A stretch of DNA of 64,000 bases, from the NCBI GenBank assembly GCA_902553145.1, contig CACDKD010000007.1, positions 7,726-71,725 on the forward strand, given 5' to 3'. The position numbers and the translations under genes are program-made. The number at the start of each line of letters is the position of its first letter. Positions within the stretch are counted from its first letter, which is position 1. The DNA is from an uncultured Gammaproteobacteria bacterium. Lineage in GTDB: Bacteria; Pseudomonadota; Gammaproteobacteria; Steroidobacterales; UBA11654. The notes below the pieces were generated by a model that ran no database searches, was not told where the DNA came from, and saw only the letters and a program-made list of their open reading frames with translations. Shown here piece by piece: positions 56,904-64,000 of this stretch.

Positions 56904-57485
56904 TTATGCGGCATTAATTAAAAAATAAAGTCCTGACAATGCAATGAATCCTCCCAGCAATCTCAATAATATCTTACCCTTCTCATAGTGTGTTGAGATG
57001 TCTGCAAGCACGACGCCTGCAACGTGCAGTATTATGGTTCCAGTCATGAATCCGGCAACATAGGGAGGCGGCTTTGCAATTGTTGGAATTTCTTCACCAT
57101 GGGCATAGCCATGAAAGACTGCAAAAACTGCTACAGCCAGCATCGCAAAATTTGCATTCAATTTTTTATCTGCTGCCAAAGCTGAACCAAGAAGCAAGAC
57201 GGAAAGAGCGATTCCGATCTCATAACCAGTTAATCCACCATAATTAAGCCCAAGAAGTCCTCCAAAGAACATAACAATTACAAAAGTAGCAGGAACCGTC
57301 CAAATTGCCCTCCCGCCGATTTGTGCGCTGATCATGCCTACACTGACCATAGCCAGGAGGTGATCAAATCCAAGAACTGGGTGCGTTATTCCACTCAAAA
57401 ATGGCCCGTAAGGAAGACTTTGAGCTTCGTGTGCTGAGAGCGTTGATGAGAAAAAAAGAAGAAAGAATGTCAGAAGTTTAATCAT
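56904..57485 (-). CDS. HupE/UreJ family Ni/Co permease
   Basis: Signal peptide ending AH; HPVLGFDHLLAM and FHGYAHG motifs. Confidence 0.93.
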   Translation of the reverse strand: MIKLLTFFLLFFSSTLSAHEAQSLPYGPFLSGITHPVLGFDHLLAMVSVGMISAQIGGRAIWTVPATFVIVMFFGGLLGLNYGGLTGYEIGIALSVLLLGSALAADKKLNANFAMLAVAVFAVFHGYAHGEEIPTIAKPPPYVAGFMTGTIILHVAGVVLADISTHYEKGKILLRLLGGFIALSGLYFLINAA

Positions 57486-57494
57486 TTATAATGT

Positions 57495-58466
57495 TCATCC
57501 TTTTCTTAGAAATTCTAAGACTAATTTATTGACAGCTTCAGGTTGATCATAAATTGCTGCGTGGCCTGCATCTTTTACAATTTCAATTTGTAATGATGGA
57601 ATAAGTTTTTGCAATCTCTTACTGATCTTCCATGGATTGTAAAGTACCTCAAATTCGCCAAAAATCAATAGCCCCTTATTTTTAAAACTTTTGAGCCTAT
57701 TTTTATCAACCGAGAAAAAGAACTTACCAATGACCTTTAGGGCTTTGATGATATCCACTCTTGAAGTTTTCTCATTGTAAATACCCAATGATTTATCAAC
57801 GCGATAGTGTCGAGTACCAAGAGCCATTCCTCTTGCCAATTGCCTGTCAAATGATCCAAACGTTTCGCCGGATCGTGGTTTAGAAAAAGATGAAGCTGTT
57901 AAATCATCCGACAGTACATCGGTATCTTTTTTTCTTGCGGTTAATAACCATTGCCTAAAAGGAAGCCTCGCTCTGGCCAGCCCCGTTGGTCCACACATGA
58001 CTGTTTTATCTATCAATTCTGACTTTCTTATCGCCATATCCATTGCAGTTGTTCCACCAGTGCTGACCCCGACGATGTGTGGCTTTTGAAGATCCAAAGA
58101 TTGAATTATATCCTCTAACCAATCGGTGTAATCGTCATTGAAAACCGATGGAGGATTTGGTGCACTCTTTCCGGGTTGACCAACAATATCAATTGCAAGA
58201 ACTCGAAAATGCTCTGAAAATGCATTTATTTGATGCCTCCATAAAGGCGCACAGCCTGCAACGCCTGGTATCAGCAAGACAGGCTTTTGATTTTTATCTC
58301 CAGCTTCAATGATGTGTGTTTTACCAAATCTCGTGTCAGCGAATATACTCTTGTGATCGACTGTGATTTCATCGCAGACTCTTTCATACCATGACATCAT
58401 TTTCTTGTATCCCTCTTCTGACTTATACAAGGAAAGATCAGGCTTATAGTCAAAGTTTTCAGTCAT
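57495..58466 (-). CDS. Alpha/beta fold hydrolase
   Basis: DIVGQPGKS, GVSTGG nucleophile elbow and AGHAA..DQPE motifs. Confidence 0.85.
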   Translation of the reverse strand: MTENFDYKPDLSLYKSEEGYKKMMSWYERVCDEITVDHKSIFADTRFGKTHIIEAGDKNQKPVLLIPGVAGCAPLWRHQINAFSEHFRVLAIDIVGQPGKSAPNPPSVFNDDYTDWLEDIIQSLDLQKPHIVGVSTGGTTAMDMAIRKSELIDKTVMCGPTGLARARLPFRQWLLTARKKDTDVLSDDLTASSFSKPRSGETFGSFDRQLARGMALGTRHYRVDKSLGIYNEKTSRVDIIKALKVIGKFFFSVDKNRLKSFKNKGLLIFGEFEVLYNPWKISKRLQKLIPSLQIEIVKDAGHAAIYDQPEAVNKLVLEFLRKG

Positions 58467-58516
58467 TTTATTCCTTTCGTAAGGTTATCCAATATTGGTT
58501 CTATTCAAATTTTGGT

Positions 58517-58603
58517 TGGTGCCCAGGGCCGGACTCGAACCGGCACGAGAAAAATCTCAACGGATTTTAAGTCCGTAGCGTCTACCAATTCCGCCACCCG
58601 GGC
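58517..58603 (-). tRNA. tRNA-Leu(TAA)
   Basis: Reverse strand reads GCCCGGGTGGCGGAATTGGTAGACGC...CTTAAAA...GGTTCGAGTCCGGCCCTGGGCACCA; long variable arm, CCA encoded. Confidence 0.96.
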
Positions 58604-58612
58604 TTAAACCTG

Positions 58613-58683
58613 AGGCAAGGATCGGAATCGAACCGACGTCCACGGCTTTGCAGGCCGCTGCATAACCACTCTGCCACCTTGCC
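58613..58683 (-). tRNA. tRNA-Cys(GCA)
   Basis: Reverse strand reads GGCAAGGTGGCAGAGTGGTTATGCAGCGGCCTGCAAAGCCG...GGTTCGATTCCGATCCTTGCCT; U73 discriminator, CCA not encoded. Confidence 0.95.
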
Positions 58684-58891
58684 TTTATAATCTGAGAATT
58701 ATACCTCTATAAAGAAAAATTAGCTTCATTGAAATGGCTATTCATGAATTCAATCTTTTACCTGCTTTTTAGAGAAAAATAATACCTCCTGATTAAAATG
58801 TAACGATTTGTAACATAAAATACCTTCTTTCTGCTTGAAATTGATCATCTAGCATTGCATGATTGGTTGTATCTAATATTTAGGGGTAAAT

Positions 58892-61597
58892 ATGAACAAC
58901 TTAAGAACTGCTTCAATTAGAGCTTTTTCAGCTCTATTTGCAATATTTTTTACGATATCTTCTGTCGCTCAGATTGAGGAAATAGTCGTAACTGCGAGGA
59001 AAAAAGCTGAGAATCTACAAGACATACCTGTACAAGTGGATGTTTTAAACTCGGAGAAACTAGAACGAGCCGGAATAACCAGCCTAGAGGACGTGTCAAA
59101 ACTTAGTTCTGCAATGGTATTCGATAATGGGTTCTCTCAACAAGATACAAGAATTACATTGAGAGGCTTATCTCCAGTTAGAGGGAGGCAGAATGTCGCT
59201 GTGCTTCAAGACGGTGTTGATTTGTCATCGGAGAACTTAACGATTGCCGGTGGAACAGCTTTAATCAATCCAAGGTTATTTGATATGGAAAGAGTTGAGA
59301 TAGTCAAAGGGCCACAAAGTGCCCTTTATGGTCGATCTGCATTTGCAGGCGCTATCAACTACGTCAGCAAAAAACCGACGCAAGAAGAACAATCGAGTGT
59401 TTCCTTGACCTTGGGATCTGAGAGTGAAACGGATCTAAGGGCAAGTTGGAGCGGAGGTATCAGCGATGATACTTCAATGGGTGTCAACATTGCTGCTTGG
59501 TCAAGAGATGGCTATCACAATAATATTCCTAGTGGGCAACCTGTTGGAGGTGAAGAAGGTGTTGGTGCCTCAATCACCTTTAACTATGAGCCAAATGATG
59601 AATTCACTCTCGTCACTAGATTTGAATATTCGGACGATGACTATGAGCCAGCTGCACAATATCAGCAATCTGGTACAACCACGTTGCCTATCCCGGCAAA
59701 TGCTATTGCCCCAGTGAACACATGCATTATCCCAACTCCAACAATGTGCTTGGCATACTACACCACAGGTAAGGTGATATCACCCCTAGTCACATCCATG
59801 ATTTCAAATGTAGGAGCGCTTCCTAATATTGATGACATCGGTGGAGCTCAACTATCAGTAAACCCTAGAACTGGAAAAGATTACCCAGGTGCAAATAGAG
59901 AACTCATGAAACTCTCCATGACTGCAACAAGAGATTTTAATGACTTGCTAATCGCTCCTGTTACGTTTACAGCAATTACGGGCGTAATGGAAGGAGATGT
60001 ATTTACATTTGAAGATCCTCAGTTTAGAGGGACAACAAATAAGGGAACTTACTTTGGTGAAATTTGGTATGACCAACACACTGAACTGTTCAGTCAAGAA
60101 TACAGATTGCAATCAAATACACCTGATAGTGCACTGAGATGGACTGTTGGAATACAGTATTGGGAACAACAAATGCAATTGGATGATAAGTCGTTCAATA
60201 CATTTACATACCTGAATATGAGACCATGGTTCCCACCAGCATTCTTAAATGTAAACTCTCCAATCTTTCATGGAAATGCTTCGCAGTATCAAGGTGCGAT
60301 TTGTGCGCCTAGGACCGAAGGTGGAGAATTCGCAGGATGTTTAGACAGAGGTGGTAGTTACTGGACTCGTGACACGACTCACAAATCAATCTATGGAATG
60401 GTTGAATATGATCTAAACGATTCATGGACTGTTACTGCTGAGGCAAGGTTCGCTCAAGAAGATGAAACCACTTGCGGATCTGATGGAAACGGAACAGTGG
60501 ATCCAAATGGTGTTGGTTTTGCTGGTCCTGGACAAAGCAGAGTCAACCCGCCAATGTGGACTTACCAGATTTGCGGTGATCACGATGAAAACATGAAAAC
60601 ACCTAAAATCACACTGACTCATTTTGCATCCGATGATTTCACTTTCTACGCATCTATCGCAGAAGCGAAAAAGCCAGGTGGTATCAGTACGGTTACCGGT
60701 GGTGGTTTTAGTCTATATAACCCAGAAAATAATAGATATGAAGCAGAAGAAATGACCGTTTATGAATTAGGTATGAAATCCACCATGATGGATGGAAAAA
60801 TGCGCTTCAATGCTGATATTTTCCTTCAAGACTTTACGGACAAGCAAACAGCAACTCAAGTGGTCAACCCTTCTACTGGTATTCTTCAATCAAAAACAAC
60901 CAACGCAGCTAAAGCTGAGGTTAAAGGTGTTGAAATGGATATTCAGTACTTCGTTAATGACAACCTGAGTGCAACACTTTCATACACTCATTTGAATGCT
61001 AAATACAAAGACTTTACCCGTCTAACTGCTGGTGCAGCAAACTTATCCAATGCAGGCAACTGTACGATTGTTACTGACGCAGCTGGAAGAAACACTTGTT
61101 CAATCGATCTAAGTGGTAACCCATTAGAAAATGCTCCGCCAAATTCCATGGTTTTGGGCTTGAACTATAATTGGGAAACTTCCGATGGAGCAACTTGGGT
61201 CGCAGAAGCTGACATCATGTACCAAGACGATAGATACATTGATCAATTTAAGAGAGTGTATCTAGAAGGCTACTATAAAGTTGATTTTAGATTGGGTTAC
61301 ATCACAGATGATATGGAAATCATAGCGTTTATTGACAATGCCTTTGATGATACAACTACAAGATCCGGATATGGTTTTACTGACTTTCCTAACATGAAGT
61401 TCATATTACCAATTCCTTCGTTTTGTGGTGTAGCTGGACCTGGAGCAGGATCAGGTATCTTCCATCCTAATCCTTGTATTAGAGAAGCTGATATCTCAAA
61501 ATCAAATGGTCCTAGTACGTTTGTTCTGCCAACCAGTCACGCAATGTACTTCCCGGATGGAAGACGATTTGGTATCAGATTCAAACGAAGCTTTTAA
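58892..61597 (+). CDS. TonB-dependent receptor
   Basis: Signal peptide, EEIVVTARKK, RVEIVKGPQSALYGRSAFAGAIN plug motif, C-terminal F. Confidence 0.95.
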   Translation: MNNLRTASIRAFSALFAIFFTISSVAQIEEIVVTARKKAENLQDIPVQVDVLNSEKLERAGITSLEDVSKLSSAMVFDNGFSQQDTRITLRGLSPVRGRQNVAVLQDGVDLSSENLTIAGGTALINPRLFDMERVEIVKGPQSALYGRSAFAGAINYVSKKPTQEEQSSVSLTLGSESETDLRASWSGGISDDTSMGVNIAAWSRDGYHNNIPSGQPVGGEEGVGASITFNYEPNDEFTLVTRFEYSDDDYEPAAQYQQSGTTTLPIPANAIAPVNTCIIPTPTMCLAYYTTGKVISPLVTSMISNVGALPNIDDIGGAQLSVNPRTGKDYPGANRELMKLSMTATRDFNDLLIAPVTFTAITGVMEGDVFTFEDPQFRGTTNKGTYFGEIWYDQHTELFSQEYRLQSNTPDSALRWTVGIQYWEQQMQLDDKSFNTFTYLNMRPWFPPAFLNVNSPIFHGNASQYQGAICAPRTEGGEFAGCLDRGGSYWTRDTTHKSIYGMVEYDLNDSWTVTAEARFAQEDETTCGSDGNGTVDPNGVGFAGPGQSRVNPPMWTYQICGDHDENMKTPKITLTHFASDDFTFYASIAEAKKPGGISTVTGGGFSLYNPENNRYEAEEMTVYELGMKSTMMDGKMRFNADIFLQDFTDKQTATQVVNPSTGILQSKTTNAAKAEVKGVEMDIQYFVNDNLSATLSYTHLNAKYKDFTRLTAGAANLSNAGNCTIVTDAAGRNTCSIDLSGNPLENAPPNSMVLGLNYNWETSDGATWVAEADIMYQDDRYIDQFKRVYLEGYYKVDFRLGYITDDMEIIAFIDNAFDDTTTRSGYGFTDFPNMKFILPIPSFCGVAGPGAGSGIFHPNPCIREADISKSNGPSTFVLPTSHAMYFPDGRRFGIRFKRSF

Positions 61598-61614
61598 AAG
61601 AGCTTAATCTAATT

Positions 61615-61644
61615 AAAAGGCCTGCTCATGCAGGCCTTTTTTTT
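61615..61644. terminator. Bidirectional Rho-independent terminator
   Basis: AAAAGGCCTGC-TCAT-GCAGGCCTTTTTTTT between convergent genes. Confidence 0.9.
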
Positions 61645-62473
61645 ATTTCTCTTTGATTAAATTTTTTGCAACGAATCTAATATTCTCAAATTCTTTTAGT
61701 CTTCTGTAAGTGTAGGATACCCATTCCTCTCCAAAAGGCATATAGAGTCCAACCTCATTGGAATTAATAAATCTTCTCTGAAGATCTCTTCTAACGCCAT
61801 ACAAAAACTCGAAACGATGGTTCTTCATTTCAGAATTCAATGAAATGCTATCTAGAACTAGCTCATCATGAGTGGCAATGGAATGTTTTACATTGCTATC
61901 AGTAATCAATAATTGTGAATACTCTAGAAATCTTTGTCTGATTAGATTCATGTCAGTTATTGCGATTTGATCATTTTCGAAATATGCCCCTTTGACAAGC
62001 CGGATGGAAATTCCATTCTTTTTAAGATCCTCTAAATCTCTCTGGGTTCTATTTAGATTGGCTTGTAAAGTAATTCCAATTGATCCAGGGTAATCATTGT
62101 GAATCGACTTACACACCTCGATTGTTTGATCGGTATATTTTGAGTCTTCCATGTCTAAGCGAATCATCTGCTTATTTATTGATGCTGATTGAACAAGTTT
62201 GGTTAGATTTTCCATGGTACTTTTGTATTCATGATCCAAGCCGATGGAACTCAGTTTCAAAGAAATGGAAAAGTCAGAATCACTGAATCTATCTAAGAGC
62301 TCGGCATAAGTTTCACAAATGGTCTCAATCTTTTCTGCTGATTGAATGTTTTCACCAACCAAATTGGCAATTACCTTAAAGTTTTGATCGAGGTGATTCT
62401 TAAAAACAACTGACGAATCATTGGTATTTATTCCAGCAATGAATCTCTTGGCAAATGGAAACAATAATCTCAA
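61643..62473 (-). CDS. Monofunctional proline dehydrogenase
   Basis: RFIAG, SLKLSSIG, RLDMED, RLVKGAY, IATHD and YMPFG.EW..Y.YRRLKE motifs; 276 aa. Confidence 0.9.
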   Translation of the reverse strand: MRLLFPFAKRFIAGINTNDSSVVFKNHLDQNFKVIANLVGENIQSAEKIETICETYAELLDRFSDSDFSISLKLSSIGLDHEYKSTMENLTKLVQSASINKQMIRLDMEDSKYTDQTIEVCKSIHNDYPGSIGITLQANLNRTQRDLEDLKKNGISIRLVKGAYFENDQIAITDMNLIRQRFLEYSQLLITDSNVKHSIATHDELVLDSISLNSEMKNHRFEFLYGVRRDLQRRFINSNEVGLYMPFGEEWVSYTYRRLKEFENIRFVAKNLIKEK

Positions 62474-64000
62474 TTCTTTGAATAAACCTCATTGCCAGCA
62501 AAGAATGTTTTGGAAACTGAAGTATCTTTAAGCTCCCTTCCAACGGGATCGCTCAATCGTTGATCTAGAATCACAAAATCAGCCCATTTGCCCTCTGTGA
62601 TGCTTCCTATTTGATCTCCCCATCCAGATAAATCTGCTCCTATTTGGGTATAGGCATAAAGTGCTTCATCAAAACTGATCCTCTGTTCAGGATACCATGC
62701 TCCATCGTAAAGACCTGATGGGCTCTCTCTGAAAACAGCATCAAATAGTTGAACCAATGGCGAGAAAGGTGAAGTTGCAAAATCACTGCTCAATGCAAGC
62801 CTAACTCCGCCTTTTAAAAAATCATTCCATACATAAGCAAACTGCTCTCTTTCTTCTCCAATTCGTGGTGTGATGTATTTTCCAATCACGCCAGTACCGT
62901 GGTTTGGCTGCATGGATGCTGTGACTTTTAGCTCTCTGAATCTTTCCACCGTTCCTGGTTGAATGACCTCAACATGCTCTACCCTATTTGCTAAATCCAG
63001 ATGATTGCTGTATTCAAAAGCATTGAGTGCCATTTGAACACCGCGATCTCCAATGGCATGAATGGCCACAGGCATTCCATAACTATTGGCTCTTTTAACC
63101 AGAAAGTTTAATTCATTTTGTATGTAGAAAGGCTCTCCAATAACATCGGGTCTGTCAGTATATGGATCAACCAAAGCAGCTGTGTGAGTCGATAAAACGC
63201 CATCGATGACGTATTTTATAAATCCATATTCAATCATTGGCCCAAGTTCATCGTCATGAACTTTGTATTGATCAATGAGTTCATAAACTAAATTATCCTG
63301 ATTGGTGCTATCCGCTTCTTGACTGAATTTAGAATGCTCACCCCAAAAGACTCTCAAATTTAATTTTTGATCGGCGGTCAATTCTTTGTATTTATTCAAC
63401 TCAATCCGGCTAGACATATCATGCACGCTCGTAATGCCTAGCGAAGTGGCGTAATCAATGACTTGCTGTATTTCGTTTCTCGCTAAATCTGAGTCTCTTA
63501 TATAAGAATCATTATTCCACACCAACTCCATTGCGCCCTCAAGCAGGATTCCTGTGGGTATTCCATCCTCATTTAGAACAATTTGACCCCCCATAGGAAC
63601 TTCTGAGTCAGCTTCAATACCTGACAATTCCATAGCAACCGTGTTTATCCACATCGAATGGCCGTCAATATCGGAAAGAGCAACTGGATTATTGGGGGCT
63701 ACTGCATCAAGCTCCCATCTTGTTGGATAACCTTTGTCCTCAAAAGTATAATCCCAACGGCCTCCAAGCAACCATTCGCCCGGTTGCATCGATTTTACAC
63801 GTTCTTTAATCATTTCAAGCCAAACGGCTTTCTCTCTGATACCGCTTAAGTTGATGCCAGTGACTATTTTTACACCGCTTGAGAGATGAGTATGGCTGTC
63901 TATGAATCCTGGAACTACTGTATTGCCTTTGGCATCAATCACTCTCGTTGAATCACCTGCCATGGCCAAGATGTCTTCAGTACTTCCAACAGCAATGAAT
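62470..64000 (-). CDS. Amidohydrolase_3 (YtcJ-like) protein, 5' end outside window
   Basis: PGFIDSHTH, DGHSMW.N, HAIGD, RVEH, SSD and G.I..GKWADFVIL motifs; frame is open to the window edge. Confidence 0.9.
   Translation of the reverse strand, partial: FIAVGSTEDILAMAGDSTRVIDAKGNTVVPGFIDSHTHLSSGVKIVTGINLSGIREKAVWLEMIKERVKSMQPGEWLLGGRWDYTFEDKGYPTRWELDAVAPNNPVALSDIDGHSMWINTVAMELSGIEADSEVPMGGQIVLNEDGIPTGILLEGAMELVWNNDSYIRDSDLARNEIQQVIDYATSLGITSVHDMSSRIELNKYKELTADQKLNLRVFWGEHSKFSQEADSTNQDNLVYELIDQYKVHDDELGPMIEYGFIKYVIDGVLSTHTAALVDPYTDRPDVIGEPFYIQNELNFLVKRANSYGMPVAIHAIGDRGVQMALNAFEYSNHLDLANRVEHVEVIQPGTVERFRELKVTASMQPNHGTGVIGKYITPRIGEEREQFAYVWNDFLKGGVRLALSSDFATSPFSPLVQLFDAVFRESPSGLYDGAWYPEQRISFDEALYAYTQIGADLSGWGDQIGSITEGKWADFVILDQRLSDPVGRELKDTSVSKTFFAGNEVYSKN

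Noticed and set aside
56305-58700. Integrative element at tRNA-Leu/Cys
   Set aside because: No integrase and no duplicated tRNA 3' end (att site) noticed in the window.
1087-63849. Numerous short ORFs antisense to or nested within long genes (e.g. 1087-1668, 8902-9330, 9247-9708, 28628-29137, 29653-30141, 45581-45985, 50316-50501)
   Set aside because: They shadow well-supported genes and have no recognisable motifs; 50316-50501 is antisense to the real ccmD.

Overview
Gene-dense, AT-rich bacterial chromosome segment. It looks like a streamlined marine gammaproteobacterium (inferred from the fabG-acpP...tmk-holB order, the ccmA-I operon, baeSR-spy and the Cys-Leu tRNA pair; exact taxon not determinable). 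It holds about 65 CDS and 2 tRNAs, with no rRNA, CRISPR, integrase or transposase seen. The window appears to span the replication terminus: a dif-like site sits at 42859-42886, gene orientation flips across it, and KOPS-like octamers point towards it. Much of the content is small-molecule scavenging and catabolism: two Cys-rich TonB-dependent receptors, TRAP and MFS transporters, an ATP-dependent hydantoinase/oxoprolinase pair, amidases, a Rieske oxygenase, a trimethylamine-dehydrogenase-like flavoenzyme, ETF and three VOC proteins. Most notable observations: (1) three dif-like cores at an exact 40-bp period; (2) two genes (ccmA and a lipoprotein) whose only plausible starts are non-canonical codons (ATA, GTC), each 7 nt after a strong Shine-Dalgarno; (3) two paralogues of an uncharacterised enzyme-like family, one before a TonB receptor and one heading an amine-oxidation cluster; (4) a TMADH-like enzyme lacking the FMN-linking Cys and the catalytic His; (5) a rearranged fab locus with VOC genes in place of fabF-pabC-mltG. 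All function calls come from motif recognition by eye, not database searches.
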